Source: Cyanophora paradoxa CCMP329 (Eukaryota; Plantae; Glaucophyta). From it: a stretch of DNA of 64,000 bases. The stretch is from NCBI GenBank assembly GCA_004431415.1, contig QPMI01000406.1, forward strand, positions 1,584-65,583, read 5' to 3'. Both the position numbers and the translations under genes were made by a program. The notes beneath the pieces are model-generated. The model made no database searches and had not been told where the DNA came from. It worked only from the letters and a program-made list of their open reading frames with translations. Below, piece after piece: positions 25,401 to 39,459 of this stretch. Each line of letters starts with the position of its first letter. The first letter of the stretch is position 1.

Positions 25401-28400
25401 CGGCTGCGACCTCTGCCTCGTGCGCCCTTTCCTGTCGACGCTGAGCGGGCCGCGAACATATATAACCTTTGTCAAGCTGAACCAGCCCGGGAACGTTGCC
25501 TTCTGAGCTTAACATCTAGGCCCCGCCCCCTTTCCGCCTCCTCCCAACCTCCGCCTCTCCGTGACGCGCAGGCGGGCTTCTACGAGGTGAACGGGACGTG
25601 CACGCCGTGCAGCGACGGCTCCATCTCCGCCATCGGCTCCACCTCCTGCCAGGCCTGCGAGCCCGGCGCCATCTCCTCCGTCGACCGGTCCGTCCGCTGT
25701 GGGCGCTGCGGCGCGGCGTGGCGCGGTCGACGACGCTGACGTTAACTCTGCCGCGCGCTGTGCAGGACGGAGTGCATCGAGTGCCCCGGGGGCACGTACA
25801 AGGCGGACGGGACGAACCTGTGCCTGCCCTGCCTGACGGGCTCGTGGTCCCCGCCGGGCACAGCCGGCGAGTGCTTCATCTGCCCCCTCGGCTGGTACGC
25901 CTCCTTCGACTCGACGAAGTGCCTCCCCTGCGACGCCGGTGCGTGCTCGCTCTACCCCCGCTCCGCCCCTCTTTCTTCGTCCCGCTTAGTGTTCGCCTAG
26001 GGACGTACATGCGGAACGGGACGCTTGTGTGCGTGCAGTGCCCGGCGCTGCAGCACGCGCCGAACGAGGGCACCGCCTCCCGCTGCCTCGACTGCGACCC
26101 GGGCTACGTCCCCTCCCCCGACTCCCGCTCCTGCTACCCCTGCCCCCTCGGCTTCTTCCGGCCCCCCGTCGCCAACGACACGGAGCCCGTCACGAGCTGC
26201 GTCCCGTGCCCCACTGCCACCGTCGCCCGCACCCCGGGCACCTACCAGTGCTCCCTCTGGTCCGGCCCCGCCCCGCCTCCCCTCTCCGCTCGCGAGCCCC
26301 ACTGCTTCTCTCTGCTAACGGCTGGGGAACCCTCCGCGCGCAGCCCGCCGGGGAAGGTGCCCCGCGAGGACCGCGCCGAGTGCCGCAGTGCGCAACCCTT
26401 CTCTCCGCTCTTTACTTTGGAGGGCCTCTGCCGCGGTGAAACTGACCCTGCCTGCCTGCCTGCCTGCCGCGCCCCGCAGACTGCTCCGCGGGGCTGGTCC
26501 CCCGGGGAGGCTTCTGCGCGCTCTGCCCCGCCAAGCACATCTCCGTCCCCGGCGGTGCGGCGGCCGCCCCCCCCCCCCCTCTCTGACCTCCACTCCGCAC
26601 CCGCCTGACGCCTGACGGCCGCCGCGGCAGACGCGAACTGCACGCTGTGCCCGCCGGGTCGGGTCTCGAACGAGGCGCGGACGGAGTGCCTGGCGTGCCC
26701 CGCGGCCTCGTACCTGCCGCCCAACAGCGACGTCTGCCTCAAGTGCGCGGCGAACACCATCTCGCAGCCCGGCTCCGTCGGCTGCACCGCCTGCGACGAG
26801 GGCGACGTCGTGCGCTGCTCTGTCCACCCACCCACCCTCGCCTCGACGAGCCCCGCCTTGAACCGCCCCGCCCCGCCTCGCCTCGCCAGGCGGACGAGAC
26901 GCAGACGTTCTGCAAGCCGTGCGCGCGGGGCACGTACCGCAACTCCTCCATGGCCTACTGCGAGCCCTGGTGCTACACTTTCCTTCCTTGTTCGCGCTGC
27001 ACTGGCCCCGCGCCCCCTCTAACTTGGGCCAGCCCGACGGGGACGTTCGCCTCGGCCGAGTCCTCCTCCGAGTGCCTCCCCTGCACCGAGACCCAGCTCT
27101 GCCCCGGTGCCCCGCCTCTCCTCCTCCTCCTTCTCCTCATTCAGCCGCCGTCCTGACCGACCGACTTGCCGGCCTGATTTCCGCAGTGGCGACGGCGGAC
27201 CCGATCGAGATCCCGATGTACAGGAGCGTCATCGCGCAGCGCATCGCCGAAGTCACCGCCTCCGCGTGCGCCCGCTTTCTTTCCTCGTCCCGTTCGGGCT
27301 CGATTTGTTCCTGGGCCTGAGGTGCGGCGCCCGCCGCCGCCGCGTGCGCAGGCAGCAGCGCCGGTCGCTGCGGGGCGCGGGCGCTGGCGCGGGCAACGAG
27401 ACGGTGCAGCAGCGGCGGCGGCGGCTGGCGCAGGCGGCGGCTGCGGCGGCGGCCGGGGACCTGGGCGCCAGCGCCGCGGCGCAGGACGCGTCGGTGGACT
27501 ACCTCTCCGAAGACTTCGAGTACGACACGAACGCGGGGACCATCACCCGCGCCGAGATCAAGACCGAGGAGGCCCGCCCGCCCGCCAGCCCTCTTCTAAT
27601 TATATCTTGTCCTCCTCCTAACTTCTTCTTCTTCTCCTTCAGGTGGCGGTGAAGCAGGTGTACCGGCTCATGGCGTTCATAGCGGCCGGCACGGGCGGCG
27701 TCCTCCTCGTCGCCGGCCTCTGCATCCTCGCCTACCTCAGGGCGCGCCCTCTAATGATGAGATAGATGGCTTTATATTTCGAGTTTGCAGTAGTTGTTTA
27801 AAGGGCACCCTTGGCCGCCGATCCCGCTGCGTCCCCGGAGCGCTGGGCTGAGCGGCGCTGGGGCGCCCTGCGCAGGTCGGCGCGAGCGACGCCGAGACGA
27901 AGGCGGCGCGCGTCCTCAGGGTGCGCCCCGCCCCGCCCCGCCCCGCCTCCCTTCCTCCGCGGCGCCCACGCCTCGGACCCGGGCTGAGCGGCGAGTAGCT
28001 ATAGTCCTCCGTCCGTCTTGTGCTTCAGAGCACAGACCATCCCGAATTCGAAGTCACGCATCCATCTCGCCGACTTTCGCCGCGGCAGGTCAAGAAGCTG
28101 GACTTCCTGTACAAGGACGTCGTCGCCGAGAAGAAGGAGGAGCGCAAGAAGGCACGCCCCCCCCCGCCCGCCCGAATCTCCCTTCCTGTTCTATCTATCG
28201 TCAGCTGATCACGAGCCCTCTGCCGAGCCCCTCCCCTCTCCCCCGCCCGAATCTTCCTGCCTTCCTGTTCTATCTATTGTACGCTGAGCCCTCCTACGCT
28301 GTACGCTGAAGCAGAAGGCGGAGGCGGCGCGCGCCTCGGCCGTGGCGGTGGACTCGCAGGGGAAGGAGCTCGGGCCCGCGCTGGCCGCCCCCGCCCCCGC

Positions 28401-31160
28401 CGCGAAGGTGCGGCCCTGCCTCCAACCCTCTAACTTCTCTAACCTCTAACAGGAGGAGGAGGATGCGGAGGAGGCGGAGGGGGACGACGAGCCGGCGCGG
28501 ACGGTGACGGGCGCCGTCTTCGCGGTGGTCGGCCTCGGCCTCGTCTTCATCGCCGTCGCATTCGTCCTCCTCCAATACGTGCGCCCGCCCAGCGCGGCCG
28601 CAGGGCCGAATCAAACCGGATCGTAGCCTCGAATTCACCCCTGGGCGCTCCTCGTCTAATATTATATCAACCCCTTGCGCCTTTCCCTCGCGCCGCGCCT
28701 TCCCCTCCAATACGTGCGCGGGGCCCAATCGGATCTAATCTTCTTAACCCCTGGGCCTGGGCTTTCGATTCGCCCCCGATCCGAACTCACCGATTTCGAT
28801 TTCGATTCGCCTCACCCCCGGGCTTTCGATATCGATTCGCCATAACCCCTGGGCCTGGACTTTCGATTTCGATTCGCCTCACCCCCGGCCCCCCCGCAGG
28901 CGCTGGCGAACTACCAGGTGATCCAGACGCTGGTGCCGGGGGCCTCGCCCTCCGTGGGGGACATCCAGGGCGCCTTCGAGGTCGGCGCCTCCTTCCTCGG
29001 CTACGCAGGTGCGTGCGACGAGGCCCGGCCTTGAATATGTTTGTAGATCGAGTTTGTCAGTAGCAAGCAAAGCTGCTTTTTATTGCAGTCTAGCAAGTAG
29101 TTCGGAAGCGTAGAGTATGCGCCCCCGGCCGCCCGTCCGCCCGCCCGCCCCGCCCCGCCCCGCCCCGCCGGCCTCGCCCGGGCTCGGCTCAGCTGCGGGC
29201 CGCCCCCGCGCAGGGGAGTGCGCGCTGAGGGACGCGGCGGCGGCGAGGGCGGGGCGGCTCAAGACGGACGAGGAGCGCTCGGGGGTCTACGTCGTCGTCA
29301 CCGCCATCCAGGTCCGAGCAGGAGCGAGGCCTTTGAGAGCTTTCGTTTGCTCGTTCGGCTGATTATTTCGTTCCTTGCGGCAGGCGCTGGACGGGTCGCC
29401 TCCGCCCGCGTCGACCGCGTTCTACAACCAGACGTCCCGCTCCTGCGTGTACGCTTCTACCCCCCCTTCTTCTACCCCCCCTCCCACTGAGGCGCCCCGC
29501 CCGCGCCGCAGGGTGACGTGGCGGTGCGCGCGGTGCCGGCTGGCGGCGGCGGCGAACGTCTCCGTCGACTTCCGCCTCGTCTCGCGCCTCGCCTTCGCCG
29601 TTGCCGTCAACTACGTCGTCAAGGTCCCCCGCCCCCCCGCCCCCCCCCCCCCCCCCCCCTCCCAGAGAGGCCTGTAGCTAGGCTTAGGGCACGATCGATG
29701 GCCGCCCGCGGCCTCGATGGCGGCCGCTAGATCTAGAGCCCCCGCGCGCATCGCGACTTCGGCATATGTAACTGACCCTGGGCCCGGGCCCGGGCCCCGC
29801 TTCGTCAGGTGCCGTCGTACCTGACGATCCAGGGGCGCGTGACGACGCACGCCGACGGCCTCTTCACCGTCCTGCGCGGCCAGGAGCTCGCCACGCTCCC
29901 CGTCACCCTCACCCCGCTCCACTTCGAGGCTAGCCGCGCGGATGGGGCGGAGTGGGGGCTTGCGGGACTGAGTGAGGGGCACGCAGGACGCGCGGGACGG
30001 GTCGGCGCGGTACGACGCGTCGGTGCGGCCGGCGGACAACCGCCTGGCGGAGCGGAACGACGAGTCGTTCAGCCTCTGCTCGCTGACGCTGCCGCTGGCG
30101 GACGCGGCCTGCGCCGGCGAGGTCGTCGGCTTCCGGGCCGGCTTCGAGGTCAGCTCCGTCTACACCCAGGTCTCCCGCGTCATCAAGGTCCGGGCCCCAG
30201 CCCCGCGGTTCTTCATTTTTAGAGGGATCAGATCCCGATGAGATCGGGCGCCCGGCCCGGTCAAGCAAGCACCTTGGACCGGATTAGATCCAAATCCCCC
30301 CGCGCCCCCGCCGTCGGAGCTATGAGAGCGGCTCGAACCGGATCGGATAAGGTTTAGAGAAGGGCCCGCGCCTGGCCGCGTCTGGCCTGTTCCAGATTAC
30401 ATATTAGGCCCCCCGATCGCGCGCGCCGGCCCGGCGGTGCTGCCGGTGCCGCAGTGCCCGACGACGCCCCGCGCCATCGTGTCCAGCGCCGACGCCTGCG
30501 CGGGCGCGGCGAGGAATTAGACCCCTGGTTTTTAGACCGGATTAGATCCGAATCAGAGACAGGGGAGCGCCCGCCTTTAAATTAAAATCGGCGCAGGCCT
30601 CGGCGCTGGACATGATCGCGGACCTGGCGTCGCTGGCGGGGGCCGCCGTCGGCGTCGGCGGCCAGCTCGTCGTCGCCTACTTCGCCGCCACCACCTTCTC
30701 CGACGTCCGCCCGCCCCGCTCGCCCGGGGCGCGCCTGAAGTCTAGAAAGACCGAAATTAGACCTGGAGCCTCGAGCCTTCATTAAAGTGTTAGAGCCTTG
30801 AGCGCTAGCGAACCTAGAGCGAAACCCGCTCGCCTCGCCTCGCCTCGCCTCGCGCCGCACGCAACGCGGCGGCGTTGCGTTGACCTTGGCTCTGCCCTCC
30901 CGGCCGCGCAGCGGGTGAAGGGCCGCCTGGGGAAGGCGCGGGAGGCGGAGGCCGAGCCCGAGGAGTCGATCGGCCCCGAGCGGAACGAGAGGGAGGGTCC
31001 CGGAGCCGGCACAGGCGCCCCGGGCGCAGGCGCCGGTGCCGAGGGCGGCGCCGGCGCCGCCCCCGTCGTGTTCAAGCCGGCGCAGCCCGGGCAGCCGCCC
31101 CCGTTCCTGCTCGCCTCGAACCTGCCCCAGAGCCTCCTGCTGCCCCCGCCCGCGCGCTAG
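16441..31160 (+). CDS. Giant multi-exon cell-surface protein: signal peptide, LamG-like domain, long array of Cys-rich CxxC (ephrin-receptor-like/TNFR-like) repeats and C-terminal transmembrane region
   Basis: N-terminal hydrophobic AVALLLAAALAACAAQ; LamG motifs WHHVAIAW and DFRLWGVTRGAAEI; dozens of C..CP.G.Y/F repeats from 21.4 to 27.1 kb; hydrophobic segments FIAAGTGGVLLVAGLCILAYL (~27.7 kb) and GAVFAVVGLGLVFIAVAFVLLQY (~28.5 kb); last exon ends LLLPPPAR*. The exon structure is not fully resolved, and this could be more than one gene. Confidence 0.75.
19036..19086. repeat. (CTTTC)n pyrimidine microsatellite in an intron
   Basis: About nine CTTTC units are visible directly. Confidence 0.85.
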
Positions 31161-31622
31161 GTGCACATCTAGCCTAGTAGAATGCCATTTTCTATGCTAT
31201 CGGGGGTTTTCTTTCTTGTCCATCGCTTCAGTGCCAGACTAAGCAGAGAGTCGTAGCCCTTTTAATTTGTATTTGTATTGAATGATTCTACGTAGTTATA
31301 TTAAGCCCTGTCTTTGTTTTTAAGACCTCGCGGTAGACGTCGAGTTCACCGGAGGACTAGTAAGAGTTCTTTTTTACGCGTAGCTTCAAAAATCTTGCTG
31401 CATATTAGAATCTCGCTCGCTGATTATTATGCATGACTTCGGATTTGCATCATATATATCGATCGCGGTATCTCAGATCGATATCCTAGGCCTGTGATCG
31501 TTACACCTTATTTCTAGACATGTCTCTCTCGCGGTCTCGAGGGGCTCCGTGGTGCAACCGTATACGTGCGCGTTAACGTTGCGAATGATACCGTACCGAT
31601 CATGATCACGATCGATTTGCGA

Positions 31623-34600
31623 CTATTCGGCGGGGCCGGGTGCCATTGCGGGGGCGGGGGCGCTGTTGGGGTGCGGCCTGGCGTCGTACGGGGCGCCGTA
31701 GCTGGCGGCGGGGGCCCCGCAGCCGGGGGCGGGGCAGCTGCAGGCGGCGAGCGTGCGGGCGCCCCCAGCAGCCGCGGCCGCGGTCTCGAGCTCCCGCACG
31801 CAGCGCAGGCACGTGGTCAAGTGGCCTGCGACACAATTAATATTGCAAGGCGGATGAGAATAGAGCGAGGCACGTGGGAATCTTTCAAGGATCGCACCGC
31901 AGGGCTCGAAGCGGACTTGGGCGGCGCGGATGACGCGGCGGTTCAGCTCTCTGCAGCGCCAGCAGCCGAGCGGGTCCTCCCACTCCTGCTCTTTCCGCCG
32001 CTGCGCGCGCGCAGGTTTACAATTGCGAGATGCCATTACTCGTCGAAGTCAGATCTAGAGGGACGGACGCGCGCACCCGCTGGACCTGGCTTACGGCCTG
32101 GTTGCATATCGGGCACTGCGGACGACCCCCCTTGGCCACCTGCGGGGGGTAAGGATGTGAGCGGAGGGTAAGGATGTGATCGGAGGAGGGGGGAGGGTGG
32201 GGAGGGAGGGGAGGGGAGAGGGGCGGGGGGAGAGGGGAGGCGGGAGGGGAGGGAAAGGAGAGGGGGGGGAGGCCTAGGGGGAGGGGGGAGGGAGGGGAGG
32301 GGAGAGGGGCCGGGGGGGGATTTGGGGAGGGGATAGGGGGGGGGGGGGGGGGGGGCCGGAAGGCCAGTGCGCTTGCCTGCGTGCGCCACTGGTTGAGGCG
32401 AAGGCGCCCGACGCAAAAGTAGCAGAGGACCTCGTGGCCTGCTCAGATCTCAGATCTCAGATCTCAGATCTCTCAGATGTTCTTTTCGACGAGAAGGGGT
32501 GCGGCAGCGCACCGCAGGGCCCGAGGCGGATGCTGGCGAGCTTCTCGTGGCAGATGCAGCACTTCGAGAGGCAGTACTCCGGCGGCTCCTCCGACGAGTC
32601 GTACCCGTCGTTCGGACACGAGTCGCCGCTGGGGGGTACGGGAGCGCCGGCGCGGAGGGGCGGGCGGTACGGGCGAGGCTTGCGGGGCTGGGAGGGGAGT
32701 GCGGGGGCCGGTTGGGCGGCCCTACCGAAGGCGGCTCCGGCCGCGGCGGCCGCCTGCGCGAAGGAGGGCCCGGCGGGGCGCGCGGGGGAAGAGCTTGGAG
32801 CCGGGCCTGTTCGGGGGGAGGCTAGAGGAGGAAACTCATCCGCAGCAAAGGAGGAGGCCCCCCACGCCGCCGCCTCGAGCGGCCAGTCCTCAAACACGGT
32901 AGAGTCTAGATCTAAGCTGGTGGTGTTCCACGCCGGCGCTCGACTTTCAGAGGATGACTGGCGGAGAGATGGGTCGTGCGAAAATCTGCGGTTCGAATTC
33001 GAAGGCGCGCGAGGCTCAGAGAGGTCAAATGGGTTGTAGTGGGAGGGGCAGTTCACTGGCACGAGTCGCCACGGTAGCAACCTTCCGGGGTTGCATAGTA
33101 CCTAGTATAACGAAAACCCCGGCCCGAAGAGCAGCAAAATAAAATGATCGAAGGTGGAATATGCGAGCGAATAGGGGAGGTGAAGCGGACCGGCAGAGGA
33201 CGGAGCGGGTGGGAGGGCCATATGCATCGCCAAAGTGAGGAGGGTAAACATGCATACGGACGCGCACAGCCCTGCGCGGCACTTCCCGCGCGGCCGGCGC
33301 TGCTCGCTTTTTGTGCGCGTCGCTCGCCAGATGCTGCACAGATCTAGAGATTCGAACGATTAAATGCAATGAGGAATTATACGCCCGAACCTGATTCATC
33401 TGCGCGGTGCCATTGAAGGTCTTGTTGCAGACGTCGCAGCGAATTCGAAGAGGTTCGAATTCGGACGGAGCGGGGGCCGCCCGAGCTCGAGCTTGAGGGT
33501 CGCCGGCGGCGACCTGCGACGCGGCTGGCCGGGATGCCCCGCGCTCTTTTCTCACGAATGGGTCTTGAGAAGAGGATGTTTGTTCCTGTTCTCGCGGCCG
33601 CGGGCTGGACTGCGGCGCCGGCGCCGGCTCGACAGACGGTCCCGCGGCGTACTGAGTTGCTGCTGTCGTTGTCGCTGCCGCTTGCGATCGCTGCGTCTTC
33701 TGCTGCTTCCGAAATTCGCTTGAACCTGAGGCAGGATGTACGAACGCAATGGGACGGCGCGGCTCCTCGCTATCGCGACCGGTGCACATGCCCGCCCGCT
33801 GTATTTCGCCACGCAATACTGTGCCGGAGCATGCGCATGCCCGAGCGATGTCTGGACATGGCACGCCTGCAAGGTCTTTCCCCCGCACGCGGCGAAATTT
33901 GTTCCTGCGGAGCGCGCGCGCTGCCGTCAGCGGCCGCAGCGCTAGCATCCCCTCGAGCAAACTCATGAGCAGACCAGCATGTCTTGTGCATGAGAGCCCG
34001 GCCGCAATCTTCGCTGCAGACAACCTTCACGAACCTGCATATATGTGCACGAAATTAATTACATAAAAGCGAGTTGCGTCTTGAACTCCATTATATTTAC
34101 ATCATGAAAATAAAAGAGAGTTTGCCGCGCACTCTTCGGAAGCTGTGATGATCCGATCGGCAATGCTGCAATTCAGCTCACAGCATGTATACGCCCCTGT
34201 GCGTGCGACTGCCGACTGCCGTGGTCTCGCGCTCGAATCCTGGGTGGTCGTGGTCGGCCGCGTTGACGTTTCCTGGACATGTGCACAAAGGTTATGGCTT
34301 CGGGCGCCCCGGAGGGCTGTCTCGACTGTCAGTCCCTGTGGCGTGAGCCGCAGTGAGAAATGCGGCCGCGGAAATTCGAGCGAAAATTCGAAGCTGAAAG
34401 CATCCGAGTAAAGTTGAACTAAGAGACGTGCCTTCACGCGAGTCAAGTGCACGAGGTAGTGGATGCAGTTAGGGCAAGAACTCTCCATGCCAAGGCGTTG
34501 CAATTTGGCCTCGAACTCAGCCTCGGAGCTGTTGAACGTCCGGATCCTTTGAGCTTCCGCAGGCCAATGCAAGCCGGTCGATTCCGCTCTCTGCGGCGGA

Positions 34601-37230
34601 CGAGCCAGTTGTACATGTGAGCCAAGACTGGCCATCATTATCACTGCGGCAGGCAGCGCTAGCTGCAGCAGCAGCAGCGGCATGGAACGGACCTCCACCT
34701 CTAGATCTTCTTCTAGATCTAGATATTCGTCGCAGTCTGCCTCTTCGTCACGGTTGACATGTTCCTCATCGTATACGTGATCATCTGATCCACCGAACAG
34801 CGCTTCGGCATTTTTAATCTCCCGCATTTCATCCCGCCTTTCATCCAGCCTGCAGTACACATAGAGTCAGAGCGCGCACGCAGCCTGCAGCGCGATCAAG
34901 TCGGCTGGCCAGTTTCTCGAGAAGTGCCTCGGCGGAAGAGATCGCAGGTGGCACTTCGGCATACCTCCGCGAATTCATGCATAGTTCTGCCTCAGCGCTA
35001 GCATGTCATGATAAAACCAAAAGTGCGCGGAGGATTAAGATAGATCCGAGGCGCACCGATCTTGGTCGCGTAGGCGCAAAAAGACTGGGTCGAGGGCGGC
35101 AGGCGCTGCACCCGTGTGCAGGGTATTCGCAGATCAGAGGAAAATAGATCTGGAGGCCGCGCCGGGGCGTGCGCAGGATTTGACGAGCCGCACTGCAATG
35201 CGGGAGTCCAGGACTCTAATCGCTCGTGCCGGGGGAAGCAAACGAAATTTATTGGCGCGATCCTGGTGCAGGCATTAGCATCCCTGTCGCCATGCATATA
35301 TAGCCAGCTGAGGGCATCAGCTGCAGAAAAAAGAGCACATTCTCGCGCTTCATAAGCTGGAGCTTTGCTTGGTCGCGCAACAGCTCTATGCGCATGCTGC
35401 GATTTCGACTTTATGATCAGCGGGAGGCCTAGGCGCGCGACTGGGGTACTTCACAAACGACGCTGACATGGCCTTCAGCTTGCTGTCGGTTTCCTGGGCC
35501 GTGGGGGAGGTCGAGCCGGGTCGGGCATCTTGCAGGATCCGCTCGGCCTCGGAGATGAGTTCGAGTGCCGCGTCCGTTTTGTGCACTATTAGGAGACACA
35601 CTGGAAAGACGTCAGCCGTGCACGGGCCATGGCCAGGGCTATAGCTATACACTAGCCTTCGGAGGGACGCACCAGTCATCTTGTCAAAGATTGCGGGCAA
35701 GCATCCTGGCATGCGCTGCACAGCCATGCGTTAAGCTAATTCTCGTTGAGATCTAGAAATCTAGATCTAGAGACGTCTAGAGAGGAAATCTTCACAGCTC
35801 ACGTCCAATAACCGGTCGTAAATCTCGAGCGCCGCATTCCAGCGGCACTGCGAGCGGAAACAATCCGCCTCTATCTGCACATGCAGGGCGCGATTGGCTG
35901 GAGGCCGGCGCGTGCTGCAAGGCCGCACAAGCGCCGCGGCTGCGACCGCACCGTAGCTCGCATAAACTGCTGAATCGCTTCCCCAAGTTCGTCACGGGCT
36001 ATGGCGGCCTGCAAGGGCGTGAGTCATATTCAAATATAAAGAAAGAGGGGGTGGGGCCGGGGATAGGGGGTGGAGTAGGGGTGGAGGGTGGGTGGGTGGG
36101 GGGGGGGGGGGGGGGGGGAGGGGGGAGAGGGGGGGGGGGGGCGGGGGGGGGAGGGGGTGGGGGCGGTGGCATGCATGCGCACCCTTTTGTACAGCACCTT
36201 TTCCTCTCGCCTAAGCATGATCATGAGCGCCGCTCCTTCAGGCGCGCCACTCCGAGCGGCCTGGCCATGGACAAGCATAAGTTAACGTTCAGATTCGAAC
36301 GAAAGTTGAAGGGGGCTGCCTGTACCTGGCGCGCCCTCTCGTGCAACACCCTTTCCCGCAGCTGTGCTATCGAAACCGCTCGGCTGATCGCACCGGTTCC
36401 TCTCGACCGCGAGCTTGCGACTGGCGTCAGCTTCCGCCGCAATTCCTGCGCCGACGTCGCCGCATGCGCAGCTCATGATCAGCATGTAGCTCATGATCAG
36501 CTCAGCAGCGAGCCCAGCACTAGTACATATATATACGCAATATAAAAAAATTAATATTTATACGACCGGCATGCACGTTGAACATCTCGACCGCCGCGCT
36601 AACTTGGCCTTGCATGTAGATTGCAAAAGCGAGTCGCGCGGAGAGCTCCAGTTGGCGGAGCTCGAGGTCCTCCGGATCTGGATCTGGATCGTGATCATGA
36701 GCTAAATCCAAGAGGCTTTCCGAGCCCAAGACCCGCAGCGCCTCCTGCGCAGGGACGTCGACGGACATCGATATCGCGTATATAAATCGGCGGCCGGCGC
36801 GGCGGCCGCGGGGGATAGCGCTGCCGCGACGCCGACACGAGCAGATCTAGACGCCGACCGCGCACCCGAAATGCTGTCTCCGCGCCAGCCCCGTCCTTCA
36901 ACTGCAGCCGAATCTCGCCGAGGAGCCGGCCGTACTCGATCTGCTCCTCGATCGGCCAGCGGGAGGCGGCCCAGGCCGCGCCAAGCAGCCGCACGGCGAG
37001 CTGCGCGCGCGCGCATGCAAGATCATCATGCATATGATCAGCCGCGGCCGCACGGCAAGCTGCGAGCCCGCGCCGCGCGCGATGCACGACTCGCCTCGGC
37101 GTGCGTGGCGGCGTTCTTGAGGTCTCCGATGCGGCGCGCATCTTCCGCTTGACGCGCGTGCGCCGCCGCCTTTCTGAGCGCCTGAAAGTGGAAGATCTTC
37201 CAGATGACGCGTGAGATGAGCGCGCCCATC
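31623..37230 (-). CDS. Multi-exon gene (or genes) with a helical repeat-like N-terminal region, a matrin/U1-type C2H2 zinc finger and two tandem RING-HC fingers; putative E3 ligase
   Basis: Spliced RING1: CCICHEKLASIRLGPC|GHEVLCYFC...|CPIC. RING2: CWRC...FEPC|GHLTTCLRC...CPAPGC. Zinc finger: CDVCNKTFNGTAQMNQ|HLASDAH. The upstream exons (34.1-37.2 kb) look helical or TPR-like, and their linkage to the finger exons is inferred. Confidence 0.6.
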
Positions 37231-37638
37231 AGGCGATCGGCCCGTCTGCCGCGCGCGCGAGTGCGTATACGAAAGCTAGTACTGGTGCTCGCGATCGTTG
37301 CGGCCGCCTGCTTGCAATCACGTCGCGCTGTTAGTTACCGTCCGCTGAGCTCGCGCCGGGCGCCGCCGGCTGCTAAGGGACACAGGGGCTCAGCTGCAGC
37401 GCGGCAAGAAAGGGGTACGTAATATACACAGCACTAGCGAAGCCTCGCTTCTCCGAATCAGGGATCAGCTGCAGAATGCGCCTGCAGGCCTTGGTGGTCA
37501 GCTCATTATGCATGTGGATCACGTGCCCGAAGAGGAGCCAGCCGGCCGCGGTGCGCTTGCGGCCTCGTCTGGCCACCGTGCGCTTATGGCATCGCTTGGA
37601 GTCCGACGGCCCAACCCTGATCATTACGTGCGCTCGCA

Positions 37639-38803
37639 GATGGCGTAGAAGAGCCCGCTAGTCTCCAGGAGCTCCCGGACGACGTGTTTCACCTCATCCT
37701 CGCGCATCTTTCGGCCCTCATCCACCTCGCCGCCGCCGGAGTCTGCCGGAGATGGCGGGCGGCTGCATTCTCTGCTCCGCTCACAACGGAGCTGACGATC
37801 TGGTGCGCTCGAAGTCGTACGCGCGCGTTCGCCTGCAGGCGCAGCTGCGCGCCTGACATCAATCGCTCGCGCTCTCGCTCGCAGGGTCACGTGCCCCGCG
37901 GCTGAACAAGCAGAAGCAGCGGGCCCCGAGCGCGGCCCAGAGAGCACTCGGCACATCCGCCCGCGGCCAGCTGCAGCTGCAGCGCCAGCGGCATGCGCAG
38001 CGGGCGCGGCCGCGGCGGCTACAGCCGCAGCGGCAGCGAGCTACGAGGAGAGACCGCTGCCTCCTTCGGCCGCCGCGGCGGCCCTGCGGCACCCGCTTTG
38101 CGCGCGCGTCGAGCGGCTCCGCCTCGCCGTCGAGTTCGCCGGCGGGGAGGCCTCCGACTACGGCGGCTTGAACGGCGTCGCCGCGGCGTGCCCGGCGTCC
38201 CTGCGGCGCATGGACGTGCAGGTCCCCTACGAGCACCACGCGGCGGACCTCTGGCGCGCCCTGGCGCTGCCCGCGGGGCTCCGCGAGCTCGCCTTCTTCC
38301 GCGGCGAGGGCCCCTGCTTCCCTTGTGCGCCGAGGCCGGCCACCCTTCGGATTCGGGAGGCGGCGCAGGTGCGCTCAAGCTAAAGCTTTCTCCCGCCTTG
38401 CTCTTTCCTTCTGACGCGAGCGCCGCGCCACCGCAGCTCCCGCAGCACGGCCACGCCTCTCTCGAGTACCTCTTCTCGACCCTTCACTTCGGCGAGTCGG
38501 CCTTCGCCGCCGCCAGCTGCGACCGGCTGCGGGGGCTGTACCCCTCCCTCCGGGGCGTCTTCGGGGCGGGCGGCATCGAGGCCGTTCGGGCCTTCGCAGG
38601 CGCCGGGCTCCTCTGCAGGAGCGTGTCGATCTGCAGCTTCGGCTCCCTAAAGGACTCTGACCCGGCGAGCATCGCGCGCTGCCTAAGGCCCCGCGAGCTG
38701 CCGGTGGCCGCCGCCGACGGCCCGGCCTCCCTCCTGATAACGTGCCTTCATCCCCTCCCGCGCTCTTGGTCCGGCCTCCGCTTGCCCGGCATTGAAGAGT
38801 GCG

Positions 38804-38840
<37 letters not shown>

Positions 38841-39459
38841 CGGCCCTCGCACCCCCTCGAGCTCGCTCGATCCTCAGACCTCTTTGCAGCCTCGAAGTGC
38901 GCTTCGCGGATTTGAACGGGGACCTGCTGACTTGGCTCTGGGGTACGCTGCCTTCCGCGCATCCGGTCCCAGGGTACGCGGACATCGACCGTGTTTCGCA
39001 GCTGGGGAGCATGCGCAAGCAGGCTTCCTCCGGTGCCTCGCCGTCATGTGCCACCCCGGCCCCGGGATCGAACTGGGTATGCAATTGAATCGCGCCCCCC
39101 TCACCCCCGCTCCCCCCCCCCCACCCCCCCTCCCCGGCACCCCGGCCACCCCCGCCGCCAACCCAGCCCCCGCGCAGACGCGCTGGTACCCGTCCTCGAG
39201 CGCCTCCCGCCCTCCGTTCGCGTGGAGGTGATGGTGCTGGACTCGTGGTCCCTTCCCGGCATCGATTCCCTCCTCCGGGCCCTCCTTGACTCGCCCCCCC
39301 TCCTCGCCCGGGTACGGGTCCACTTCGACCCGGGCCACCCTGCCTTCGCCTCACCCTCCCCCGTGTTCGCCGCTTTTGCTGAGGCCCACGGGGGGTTCGA
39401 GGCCTTAGAATGGGACCAGCCCGCGCGCTCATTGAGAAACGTTAACATTAATATTTGAC
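37639..39459 (+). CDS. F-box domain protein (multi-exon; start exon not resolved)
   Basis: SLQELPDDVFHLILAHLS....AAGVCRRWRAAA is an F-box signature. It is followed by Leu-rich exons ending RSLRNVNINI*. Confidence 0.7.
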
